Positions 1-11,652 of a stretch of 60,000 bases of DNA are shown here, one piece after another. The stretch is from Vicugna vicugna (lineage: Eukaryota): assembly GCA_013265495.1 (NCBI GenBank), contig MU057724.1, forward strand, positions 560,001-620,000, in the 5' to 3' direction. A program made the position numbers and the translations under genes. Every line of letters begins with the position of its first letter. Positions within the stretch are counted from its first letter, which is position 1. The notes below the pieces were generated by a model. The model did no database searches, was not told where the DNA came from, and saw only the letters and a list, made by a program, of their open reading frames with translations.

Positions 1-1020
1 CTTGCCTAATTGCTCTGGCCAGGACTTCCAGACTGTGTTGAATGAAAGTGATGGTGGGAACTCTCGTCTTGTTCTTGGCCTTGGAGGGAAAACCTCAGCC
101 TTTCTTTGTTGAGGGTGAGGTTAGCCGTGGGCTGGTCACATGTGGCCTTTGCCGTGCTGGGTGCGGCGCCTCCAGGCCCAGTTTGTCGAGGGCTTTATTG
201 TGGAAAGATGCTGTGATGCGGCGCCTGCTCCCCTTGGCCGTGGCGTCTGACCCTTTTGATGTGCTGTTGAGTTTGGTTAGCTCAGATGCCGCTGAAGATT
301 TTTGCGTGTGTCCGTCAGGGACATCGGCCTGTGGTTTCCCCTTTGCCTGTAGCGTCCTCGTCTGGCTTGCGGTCAGGGTGTTGGTGGCCTCTCCAGAGTG
401 AGCTTGGACGTGTCCTCTTCTCTGCCGGTTTTGGAGGAGTTTGAGAAGGGCTGCGTTAAGGTTTTAAACATTTGGTAGAGCTCACGTCTGGTCCTGGGTT
501 TTTGTCTGCGGGGAGACTCTGGGTTGCTGGTTCAATCTGCTTAGTCGTCAGGCTGTCTGCATGTTCTACTTTTTCATGATTTAATCTTGATAGGACGTGT
601 GTTGCTGGGGATTTACCCTTTCCTTCGGGGCTGTCCAGCCTGCTGGCCTGCGGTTTTCCGTGGCAGTCTCTCACGGTCCTTTGTGTTTATGCGCTTTCAG
701 TCGTGCAGTCTCCTCAGTTGTCTGTAGTTTTATGGGCTTGAGTCCTCGTGCCTTCGTTTGTGCTAATTCCAGGCGAGGTTTGTCTGCCTCGTCTTTTCAA
801 AACGCTGCTCCTAGTTTCACGTACTTCCCTCTGATGCCTGTTATTTCCTTCTGTTGACTTTGGACTTAGCTCGCTTTTCTTCTCTTAGCTCTTCTGGGTA
901 TTAAAGTTGGACTGCTCGTTATTTCTTAACGTAGGTGTTTATCACTATAAACTTTCCTTTTAGAACTGCTTTTGCAGTTTTGGTATGTTGTGTTTCCTTC
1001 TTTGTTTGTCTCAAGATTTT
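1..1020 (-). mobile_element. LINE-1 ORF2 remnant (degenerate), left part, interrupted by a nested insertion
   Basis: Antisense L1 ORF2 motifs such as 'ttgcctaattgctctggccaggacttcca', 'ttggaggagtttgagaagg' and 'ttagaactgcttttgcag'. Many stops; no intact ORF. Confidence 0.85.
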
Positions 1021-1419
1021 TCTTTTAACGTTTTTTACACAGTCTGTATTTATTTTTTCACACTTTGACTTTTTTTTCCTTTCTTAAGATTGAAATATAG
1101 TCAGTTGATAGTGTTGCGTCAATTTGTGGTGCACAGCACAATGTTTCAGTCATACGTGCAAACGTATATTCGTTTCCATATTCTTCTTCATCATAGGTGA
1201 CTACAAGATACTGAATATGGTTCCCTGTGCTGCACAGTAGAAACTTGTTGTTTACCTGGTTTTGTGAGGATTTCCTTGTATTTCTGATTGTGAGAGATGT
1301 TCTGCCAAAGTTCAGTGGGTGTCCCGTGAGCGTTGCTCCGTGTGTAGATGTGGTTTTTGATGCATTTGTGGGAGAGGGTGAGCTACGCATCTTTCTACTC
1401 CACCATCTTGGCATCTCCC
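1021..1419 (-). mobile_element. Internally deleted L1: 5' UTR start fused to the 3' terminus and A-rich tail, with target-site duplication
   Basis: Minus strand begins GGGAGATGCCAAGATGGTGGAGTAG (L1 5' start with YY1-type CAAGATGG). At ~1255 it switches to L1 3'-terminal sequence (AACAACAAGTTTCTACTGTGCAGCACAGGGAACC...). Flanks: tttgtctcaagatttt (1005-1020) and tctgtctcaggatttt (1420-1435). Confidence 0.75.
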
Positions 1420-2170
1420 TCTGTCTCAGGATTTTAAAAAGACTTCTCTTTCGATGTCTTCTTTGACCCGTCGGCTGCTCAGGAGCACGTCATTTCATCA
1501 CCACGTGTTTGTGAGTTTTCTAGTTTCCTTCCTGTAATTGAGATGTAGCTTTCTACCATGGTGGTCAGAACAGGTGCTTGATGTGATCTCAGTCTTAATA
1601 AATGTTAACTTGTTAGGGCTTGTCTTGTGGCCTAACAGGATCTGTCCTGGAGAATGTCCCACGTGTCCTGAAAGAGCACATGTCCTGCTGATACTGGACG
1701 GGGTGTTCTGCACACGTCTGTTAGGTCTGTCTGATCTAGCAGGTAACTTATGTCCTGTGTTTTCTTACTGGTTTTCTGTCTGTCAACGAGCTGCTGTTGA
1801 AAAGGGGGTATGACATCCTCTGTTGTTGCTGTACTTCTGATGCTTGCTCCCTTCACATCCGTTAAAATTTGCCTTGTGCATTTAGATGTTCCTAAACTGG
1901 GTGCAGAAACATTTAGTAAAGTTGCACCTCACTGAGGAATTGACCCCTTTATCATGACCTTCCTACATCAGGACCTTCTTTACCTCCAGTTATAGTCTTT
2001 GGTGTTGAAGTCTATCTGTCTGTTGTACATACAGTTTCTCTTGCTTCCCTTCGGTTTCCTTTGCGTGGAGGGTCTTTCCTCACTTCTTCGCTGCCTGTCT
2101 AGGTGTGTCCTTAAAGCTGCGGTGAGTTTCTTGTGGGTGGCAGATGTTGGATCTTGTTTTCTTATCTTAT
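1420..2170 (-). mobile_element. LINE-1 ORF2 endonuclease-region remnant, continuation of the element at 1-1020
   Basis: Minus-strand translation 1498-1713 (TCALSGHVGHSPGQILLGHKTSPNKLTFIKTEITSSTCSDH) resembles a decayed L1 EN-domain segment (HGTFSKIDHILGHK...SDHN). Confidence 0.85.
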
Positions 2171-5100
2171 TCTTATGTAGGGGCTTTCCCTTCTGCGTTT
2201 TGGAGTATTTGTGGAGAAATGGGCCCTTTCGATTTCAGTAATTCAGGGAGCTGAGAAAGAAGGGCTCTGGCCGAGAAGCAGCAGATTGAAACCCACAAAG
2301 TGGGCTGAATGGCCAATTCTTTCTTGTAATTTCCCGAGCTAAGTAATGAGCGAAAGGGAAACAAGTGGTGTGCAAACAGTGAAAACCGACTGGATTTGAG
2401 GTTTCTGCCCCTCTGATTTAATAACCAGTAATCCAAACAGTTATCATTTGGGGAAGTAGGGAAGTGATACTATAGGAATAAACGCTTTCTCCGGCCGGAG
2501 TCCTTTGTCCCTGAGCTGCGGCGCTGAGAGCCCCGGCTGGGTGTGGTGCACTCTGACCCCCAGCGCAGGGACAGAGACCCTTTGAGTCCCTGTGCCCCAT
2601 GAAGAGGAGAAACTCAGGAAGTGTTTTCTAGAGGCTGGGAATCTGAGTCCAAACCACCCCCAGGTCGTCTTTTTAGGGCTTTTTTCAAAGTGAAGAATAG
2701 ACTTGCTTTTACCTTTCACTCACTGATTTTTATTTTGTCTATGAAAATGACTTTTTGAATGAAGACTCTGTGCTAGAGTGGTTATGAGTCAGTCTCCAAA
2801 TCCAGGCCTGTCATCAGTGTAACCTGCAAGATTCAGGCCATGCTGGAAAGTGGCAAAGCCTCTGGACGCAGGCTGGCTTTCTCCTCCTGTGTCCTCCTCC
2901 CCAGCCCAGCGTGCAGCCAGGAGACAGCTCCGACAGCTGCATGGGCAGCCCTGGGCTTCCGCTCCGCCTCCAGCCCAGTGGCAGTCCCCGCGGGCTGGCA
3001 GTCTGCAGCTGTGGAGGAGGCAGATTGCCGTCGACTTCACGTCCTGTTGGACTTTCTGAGCTGTGAAAGGACACATTCAGGGCCTTCTGTGACTCAGGCC
3101 CGGTGCCTGCGTCCCTCCGAGGGCCAGGCCGATGCGCCGACTCCCTGCGCGCCCTGGTCGCCGGGAGCAGCGCCGCCGGCTCAGAGCCTCAGGGTGCAGC
3201 GCGGGTCTGCTGGGCCGCATGGTGGTGTGGCGCCCCACGGGTCGTTTCAGCTCCGTTTCTGTTTTGTTGTTTTACGTTTGCGCGAACCTAAGAAGCAGCT
3301 GTTGACCTGACACGTGACCTGAAACCAGGATGCTTTCGGTTCTGTCCAGAACGTCTTTCTGTCACTCATGCCTGTGTCTGTTTGACAAGTACTTAAAAGC
3401 ACAGAATAGAAGCGGGTCCCGTGCTGTGCGTCAGGGCTGTGCAGGTGGGCAAGACCACGTCCTGGGTGTGCAGGCTGGGGAGGGGGTGTGGGTGGGCACA
3501 GCTGCCAGCAAGACCAGGTCAGAAGCCACAGAGGGTGAGAAGGGTGGACAGACCTGCACGCGGCACCCCCGGGCTGTGAGCGGGGAGCGGAGGGCGGGTC
3601 AGAGTGTGGCCAGTGGGAGACAGCTGGGCCGGAGGTCGGGTCGGGAGGACGGGGACTGAGGGCCAGGCGGCCCTGGGGGTGGGGTCGGGGGGGCTCTCCG
3701 GCTCTGGCTCCTGCGGTCAGGGGCGCTTTGGATGGGACATGGGCGGTGCCCGTGGGACAGCTATGTGTCCGGGGAGGGTTGTATATGAAGTCCTGGAGCT
3801 GAACGTTCAGGTGCAAGTTATGGTCTCACGCTCGGGTGTTTCCCATCTGTGGACAGTAAATAAAACCCCGTATGGGCAGGACTAGGGGTGGAGTATTTTT
3901 GATTAAAGTCCTCCTCCATACATGTGAGGCGAGAAGCGTGAACACTGCCCATGCCTCCCTGTGCTGTGTGACCCGCACTGACAGCCCTTCGAGTGCTTGT
4001 CCTACCAATGAAATGGTCCACCAGGCCCCTTCACAGCTGCTAAGATCTCTAAGGGGGAGAAAATGTCTGTCCCAAAGCTGCACATGCTGAGATCTTTGCT
4101 GTCCAGTCCGCAGCCTGAACTGAGGAGTGAGGAACCTGTACGTGTGTCCCGCCGACCGCGTGGTGTGCCCCTGCCCTCGCCAGGGAGCATCTGATCTGCC
4201 TGTGACTTTCGAACCTGCTTTAAAACTGAGAAACAGTAAACAAAACAAAATGTGCCTGGCAGCTAATGCGCAACTGGACTAGAAACACACAGAGAAGGAA
4301 AGAGGAGGTAGGCTGGCCGAGTCTGGCCTCCTCAGGGGCCCCTCCATGAGCCAGACTCCCTTCTCAGTTCTGGTCCTTCCCTGCAGGAGGAGCACCGCAC
4401 ACCGGGATCCAGCCCAACCTTTCCTGTGGCAGGGAGCCTCCTTCATCACCTTTGCAAGGAGATAAGCTCCCTTTGCTGAGATAGGGATGAAGGTTCTGCT
4501 TAAAGGCGCCTCTTGAGAAAACTGGTTTTGGTTTTCCTGCGAATGTTTGCCCTCTCCAGAGTCCGGGTGTGCCCTGTGCACAGAGCAGGGCTCCGAGGGA
4601 CGGATCATGGTTCCTGCTGTGAAATGAGCTAACCTTGGGTCGAGAAGTGTAAATAAATACCCAGGCCCACGGGCTCGACTCAGCCCTGAGATGACTGAAC
4701 TGCGCGTGGACAGGGTTGCAAAACCCCCAAGCTTGCACAGCCACTAAGGGAGCCCGGTGAACAAACCCGCGGGACGGTGCACGGCCCTGCTCCCTCCCCT
4801 CCTCACCGCTGGCCTCAGTTCTGTCTCAGGCCACACCGATACCCAGGGTTTACAACGAGGAGTTTGGAGCAGAAGAAGAAACACCGATCATACTAATCTT
4901 GGGGTCGCAAATCGCTTCTTTGGGGGTCACACAGACTTCTCTTGAGAGTTGATGGCAGGGTGTCTGTCTGTGCGCCGGCCCCTGGGCATGGCCGTCTCAG
5001 ATCTGGTTGAGAATCTGGACGCGCTCGTCTGCCCCCAAAGGGCTGTGGTTCCCAGTGGGTGTGGGTCCTTTCCCTGCTACCCTGAGCACAGGGCTGGGCG

Positions 5101-7739
5101 CTCAACACACTTTTGGGTCCTGGACCCCCATCAGGTTGGACACGGAGAGCCTGTTACCTGGGCTCAGGGGCACGTGGGGTCAGATCCAAGTCACTGCGCT
5201 GAAACTGAGAAGAACAGAATCGCTGGACTGTTAGGGGGTGATTCCACTCGGGCCGGGGCCGCAGATGGAAGGAGCTTGCAGGGATGGGTGGACACGGGGA
5301 ACCGGTGTCACTGAGGCACCGAGGGAGCAGGGAGGGGAGCGGGGCTCTGGTCCGGATGTGGGACGTCAGTCAGTCCCTCAGGATGAATCGGCACTGCGGA
5401 CCCGTTTCTGGAACACAAAGCAGGAAGCATTTCTCAGGTGCCTCCGGGAGATCCTGCCCCACGTTGTCATCGTCTTCCCCACAAAGGACGGTTTGTTAAA
5501 CACAGAAATCGTTTTCCGGCTAAGCCAAGACTCTGCATATTTTGTTCCTTGAAACTTAAATTCTTCGCGGTGCTGTAAACTGCTTGTGATTGACTCTCTC
5601 ACGTGAGAACGGAAAGGCGGTTTTGAAGAGGACCACATCTGGAGCAGCAGCTCCTGTGCTGGAACAGTGCTTCCATTTGCTGAGATGTTTGCGGCCGCGG
5701 TGAAAGGGTCATCATCTGACGCGAAGCCGTGACCCCCGTCGGGCGCATCTGGAGGTGGCTCTTCTGGGTAATAAAGGTCTGATCTGCTTACATCATCAGA
5801 AGGAGACCCCAAAACCCGGCACCCAGCACAGCTCAGTGACCTTCAGAGAAGAGCCACATCTCAGGGTGTTTAAGTTTCTGGGTGTGCATTTAACTGTTCA
5901 GGAGTAAAGCTGACTTTCTAAGTAGCAAAATCATTTTCACACAATGTAACTTCCCTACTGAAAAGCTTTCACCATTATTTTTCCGAAGGGATTTCATAAC
6001 CAGATTAAATTATAGAAACTCTTGATTTGAGGCAGCTTTTTTTTTGGAAAAAGCTCCCAAATATTTTTACATTAGAAGAACTCATGAAGCAAGACACGGA
6101 AGGATGAGTTCTGGGAAGAGGAGAACAAATCCTAGGTTTGGAACAGGGAAGCATTTGTGTCCCACTTGACCTGTGAGCAGGACTGAAATAATTCAGGTGT
6201 AATTTCTCATCCAACATAGGGCATTAAGTCCCACAGCCCAGAGGCTGTCACCAGAGTTACAGACGGCCATGGCAGGGCGTGGGAGCCCAGAGCCCATACC
6301 TGGGCAGCTCAGCCCTGTGGCCTCCCTGGAGGGCTGGCGTGACCTCCTCTTCCCGCTGTCCTCACAGCCCTGTGGGGCCTGCATCATTGCTTCCACTGGG
6401 GAAGTGAGGACGTGGAGCCTCAGGGCTGGGAGGGCGGCATGGAGACATGGGGGGTGTGCGGCTCAGTTTCTTACTCCAGACCCAGAGCTCGTCCCACCCC
6501 TGGGGTTTGGCTCAGGGAGGAATGCCTCTGACCTTTGTAATGGGCTATTGTGACTGAAGATGTAAATGACAGTTTGAAGTAATGAAGGAACAGATGGCTG
6601 CCTTTCACAGTGAACGGGGCAGACGACAGCTGTTACCTGAGAGCCGAGGAAACAGGAATGCTGTTTCTTTATCTAGAAAGTGGTTGGCTCGCTAACACCC
6701 AAGAGGGTAAGGCACCCGGCCAGAAGTGAGGAGTGTGAGGAGAGAGGGGCCATCCTGATTCGGACACTGTAGTCCCTGGGCTGCCCACCTGTCTTAATCA
6801 CACACTTGGGTGAGGGGCGGCGAGGCCAGGTGCAGACCCGGAGCGAGGAAGCTGGTGTTTGCACTTTGACTGGACTCGGTTGCCTGGAGGGAGTGCCTGT
6901 GTTGTGGCTTTTGTGGGAAACACCTGGCCAGGCGAGCGGCAGGCTGAGGACTGGCAAGTTCGGTGATTCCAGTGGGCCCTGGGGCGTAGGTGCCTGGTGC
7001 CTGCCCTGGGGGCTGAGGGCGGGCGGGACAGCCTAGAGGAGGGGCTGGGAGTGGACTGACCTGAGGACTGGCTGCAGATGCTTTCAGGACGCTGTGTTGT
7101 GTCACCCCGGCTCCGCCCCACACACTCCTCCCGTGCACGCGCAGACTGGTGACGCTGCCTCCCGCTTCTCTCCGACTCCTTCCGACGGACGGACGAGCCA
7201 GGGTGCCCAGGACCAGCCCTGGGAGCCGGCACCCGCCGCTGCCTGGAGTTTGTGCACCCCTCTCGCCTCCTCCCCCCAACCTGCAACCCCGGGGGCCAGG
7301 GCAATGAGGACTGACAGACATGAAACAGAATTGCTTTCCCGGTGAAACAGGCTAATGTACTTGGTTGCCAAATGAAAGTGTTAGAGGTTCAGAAATATAG
7401 CTTTCTGATTGGCTGAAGGTTGTGGCAACGAGGGGAAGGAGAGGAGGCAGGCCTAGGGCTGACCAGGGGAGGTGTGGGGAGGCCTCCCACACCCCATCTT
7501 CTGCAGTCCTGCAGATTGGGCCAGGATGCTCGGGGGGGACATCCCAGCTTCCTTTATGATCCCCTCATCCCAGCCCATCCACTTATGCACCCCACGTGGA
7601 GTGATTTTTCAGGTGCGGCAGGCACCGTGAACTGAACCGTGAACAAGGCAGCATCTGCACCGAGCGGTCCGCGTCCGGAGGGGCACAGCACAGCAGTGCT
7701 GGCCGGGAGGGCGTGGGCCTCCCAGGAGGTGGACCCAGG

Positions 7740-8200
7740 CTGTCCTGGGGGCTGGCGCACCTCAGCTGGGTGACAGGGAGAATAGCTCGGGTCAGGCCAC
7801 CTGGGAGGGAAATGGTGGTGACGGAGGAAGCGCTTGCCCTGTGCTTGGGGCCTGGGGACGGTGTGGGCGGCGGGGCTGCAGGGAAGGCTCAGCGGGTCAG
7901 GACGGACTGCAGGTCAGAGGGGAGCTCTGCAGAGCTGGTGGGGTAGTAGGCGGAGTGGAGGGTGAGGAGGTTAGTTTGGGAAATCTTGGGCTGCAGTCCG
8001 TGCGAGGCACCCCAAGAGGGGGATGCTGGCAGATGTTTCCAGATTCAGGACCAGAACCTAAGAACGAGGCTTGGGCTGGAAATGTAAGTGCGGGTGTCTT
8101 AAGTGTGAAGATAAGGGACGCTTTTGTGTAAGTTTCCCAGGCAAGGGTGAGAAGGGAAGTGGACCAGGGAGGGGAAGGCCCTAGAGACCCGCGGTGGGAG
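7740..8200 (-). mobile_element. LINE-2 remnant
   Basis: 'gaggaggttagtttgggaaatcttgggctgcagtccgtgcgaggcaccccaagagggggatgc...gggctggaaatgtaagtgcgggtgtc' resembles antisense L2; highly diverged. Confidence 0.55.
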
Positions 8201-8320
8201 GCAGGGAGCAGCGGCCTGAAGAGGGGACAGCCGAGACCTCAGCTGTCACAGGGGGTCAGCTGACACTTCCTCTTTCCCTGTGAATGTATGTCTCTTTGTA
8301 TTACTTTCTGCTTAGAGTCT

Positions 8321-8396
8321 TCCTCCCTCCCTCCTTCCCTTCTTCCTTCTCTCCTCCTCCCTCCCTCCCTCCCTCTCTTTTTCTTTCTCTTCTTTT
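8321..8396. repeat. C/T-rich simple repeat (CCCT/CCTT-like)
   Basis: Visible pyrimidine-only tract. Confidence 0.9.
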
Positions 8397-9009
8397 AATG
8401 CATGCTCCCGTTGGTTATTCTGAGGTTGTTCACAAAGGGAGCCCAGGAGACAGCAAGGTCTGTCACCAGATCTTGAATTCTGGAGAATTTAGTTTTCCTT
8501 CCTTCCTAAAAATTTATTGAAAGAACAATAGCAAAACGGATGATTTTGTGGAATAAAGTACGAATCAGTTTGGGTGAAGGTTCCCATAGTTTCTTGTTTG
8601 ATAAAACCAGGGGGTGGAATGCGGCTCAGGAGAATGTTTTCTTAGTAACCAAGAATCGGAATTAAAGGGCTGAGTTGATCCCAAGGAAATCCAACTTTAT
8701 TTTCCCTCCTTCTCCCCACCCCCCACGAAGAGTTCATTCATTATAGAACTTCTTTGTAAAGTGATCTTTGTGTTCTTTTGAGCTCGAAATTATACTCAAA
8801 TGTTCTTCTGGAATGTTTTCGTTTTCCTTTAAAATAATAAATTTATTGACTCTCTGGAACTAAACTAAATTAGGCAGCACGGCTGGGGGGCGGGAGTGGG
8901 GAGGGGAGAAGCTGGCCGTCACTCCCCTGGGGTTGCTGGGATTGCTGCGGTTGTGACCGGGGCAAGTCTGCCCTGGTTGCTGCTCTGGCCAGGCGCCTGG
9001 ATGGGCTGT

Positions 9010-9195
9010 GCTTTGCTTCAGACCCCCAGAGCCCCCTCGCCAGCTGTGAGCTGGGCAAGTCCACTCTTTAACCTCTTGATGCTTTAGCTTTTCATCTGTG
9101 AAACGGGGACAGTAATGATGTCTAGTCCACAGGATTGTTGGGAAGGTTACATGAGAAGACACGTAATAAATGCCCAGCATGTAAGGATGCTCAGA
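9010..9195 (+). mobile_element. MIR SINE
   Basis: MIR core-like 'ctgggcaagtccactctttaacctcttgatgctttagcttttcatctgtgaaacggggacagtaatga...ggattgttgggaaggttacatgag'. Confidence 0.75.
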
Positions 9196-9422
9196 GACTG
9201 CGGCTGTTTTATTAAAGCAAGGAGGCCCCTGAAAGGCTCCTGGGGGAGGCACATCTGTCACGGGGAAAATGCAGCCTGTGAAGCATCACGTTCTAAAACT
9301 GTGCTGTTTGCAAAAAACCAAAGTCTGGCCAAGATGAGCTCTTTTGTCTTTATGTGAAGGTGGAAAACAACAGGGACCCTGGGGATTTGGCTTCTGATGA
9401 GGGAAGGGCTGCCTTCAAAATG

Positions 9423-9555
9423 CCCTGCATTGCCTGCACCATCTGTACCACCTGCACCACCTGCATCCCCTGCACCACCTGCATCCCCTGCACCACCTGC
9501 ACCCCCTGCACCCCCTGCACCCCCTGCATCCCCTGCACCACTTCACCACCTGCAT
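9423..9555. repeat. 9-bp tandem repeat (CCTGCAYCM-like unit), about 14 copies
   Basis: Directly visible: cctgcacca / cctgcatcc / cctgcaccc units. Confidence 0.95.
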
Positions 9556-11479
9556 GGTCACCTGGCAGCCAGGCTGGCCCCCGAGGGTGTGCACACCCCA
9601 GTAGGTGAATGCGGATCCTGTAGCCTGGGGCTGGAATTTCTCGGCAGGGCTGGCTGTGTCCATGCCTGAGTCGCTGTGGCCAGGCCAGCCAAGGTCACCC
9701 CCTGTGTGGCCAGCGTGTGGAGTGCCCCTAGCAGTGTGCCTCGGGGAGAGCTGGAGGCTCCAGTCCGCTGTGCCCCTTCTCCCAAGACGTCCTGCGCTGG
9801 AGGGTGAGGGGTGAATCCGTTCAGTGGATGTAAGGGTCGGATAGGGCGCAGAACATACACAGAACATTTTCAGCTGAAATTGTTAATATTTACGTGTTGG
9901 CCATGACAATTAGGATATGGGAATATTGAGGAAGCAAACGTTAAAAATGCCCCATCAGCTTCTGTGCCTCTTTGCAAAGGAGGCGCTGTCACACACCGAA
10001 GCTCCCACCCTGGAGAACCTCTCTCCAGGGACCGTTTCCCTCTGACTAAGATGCGCTGTGGGTGCCTCACTGCTCACTGGCTACACCTCCGCCACTGCGA
10101 TGTCATTTTTAGGTCCCACCCGCCGGAGCTGCGGCCTAAGTGGGAACACGGGAGGACTGCAGGAAGTGCAGGAAACCGGGAAGCGCTGGGAGCCGGGGGA
10201 GGGCTCTGGGGCGGGGACGCCAGCCAGGGGGCCACACTAGTCACACCTCCCACGTCATTCTGCCTCCTTTGAGTAAAACCTTGTCCGGTAACAGGTCCGC
10301 GTGCAGGGGCAGCGCCAGTGTCCTGGTCCCACTGGGTGCCCGAGACTGAGCAGCGCAGTCCTGACCCCGCGGCTCCTTGGACGGGGCAGGTCCCACCGGC
10401 CCTCACCGGCTGGGGGCAGAAGACGGGGTAAAGAGCAGGATACATGCCAAAGCCCTCAAGATCGGGGACGTGTGTCCCCTGTGCTAACGCAGTTGCACAT
10501 GCAAGCGGTCGGGAGGGGTGTGGGGTCCGGTCTTGGGCCCCCAGACGCCAGGGCTCTGCAGCCACCTCACCTCGGGGGCCCCGCGCTGACCCAGCGTCTC
10601 CCCCCTGCTGCCTGCTGCTCGTTCCCAGGGAGCAGGGCGCACAGGCTGGAGTTCTCACCGAGAACTGTGATCCCAACGGAAATGCTGCCTGGCCTAGTAC
10701 GTTCCTCAGCAAACTTTTAAGTTATTGTTTTAAGAGATCAGGTTAATGAGCTAAAAAGTTCTCATTTTTTGATGATTTTATTGTAACCCAACAGAGCACT
10801 TAAAATCACAACATCGTTCTCAAGAGGGAAGTCCCACAGTGAGGTTGCCCAGGCCGGCTGGTTTTGGTTTCAGCTGTGGGCTGTCCAGTCCTGCTGTCGG
10901 ACGGTCCCCAGCTGTGCCTTTCTGCCGGCCGGCAGCCTGTCTGGGACACCTCTGCCCATCTTCCTGCTGCTGGCCGGGCGGGCAGGCACGATCGCAGGGG
11001 AGACTCTGCCCGAGGGGGCCTCCCATCGGTCTCTCCGGCCGGCTGGGGCTCCGCTGGACGTGGGTGGTGGTGTCGGGCAGGCTGCTGCGGGCCTCGTCTC
11101 AGCAGAGACCACGATGGGAGAGCTGTCCTTGAGGACTCTGGGCTCTCTCTTCACTGGCCAGGATCTAAAACGGCTCCTTCCCCGAAGCATGGCGACAGCA
11201 GAGAAGATTCAGGGGAAGATTTGCCTCTGAGGCCCGGCAGTCGACGAGGAGCCACTGCCTGGGTCCAGCCAGCTCTGCCTGGCTCTGCGCCGCGGTCCCC
11301 CGGATGCAGGCTGACGAGAGATGCTCATCTAGTCTGGCGCGGAGGGCCGAGTGAGAGGTGTGCGCACAGACCGCCTGCCTCGGGGCGTTGCACGGCGACA
11401 TCCCGCACCGTCCCTCACGCACTGCCTTTTCCTTCAGGTTCTGCCCTCCTGGGGACCTGCGGTCCTGCCGACCATGCTA

Positions 11480-11652
11480 CAGCTGTGGTCACTACTGCCT
11501 TCAGCCCAGAGTGGAAGTCTCCACCTGCTCCCCAGCCCCTGCCCCTGCACACGCTTGTCCACGAGTTGACTTTCTGCGTGTTCTTCTGAGATTCCACACC
11601 TCAGTGACGCCATGCGGTGTTGGATTTCTCTGTCTGGCTTACTTCACTTACT
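11480..11652 (-). mobile_element. L1 3'-end fragment
   Basis: 'agattccacacctcagtgacgccatgcggtgttggatttctctgtctggcttacttcactta' matches the antisense L1 ORF2-end/3' UTR motif. Confidence 0.7.

Noticed and set aside
5378..5812. Minus-strand ORF with protein-like acidic N-terminus (SDDVSRSDLYYPEEPPPDAPD...)
   Set aside because: No true ATG start, no convincing splice sites and no recognised homolog. A TBLASTN would settle it.
9354..9608. Cys-rich ORF resembling metallothionein or keratin-associated proteins
   Set aside because: Entirely explained by the 9-bp tandem repeat; no MT/KRTAP terminal motifs.
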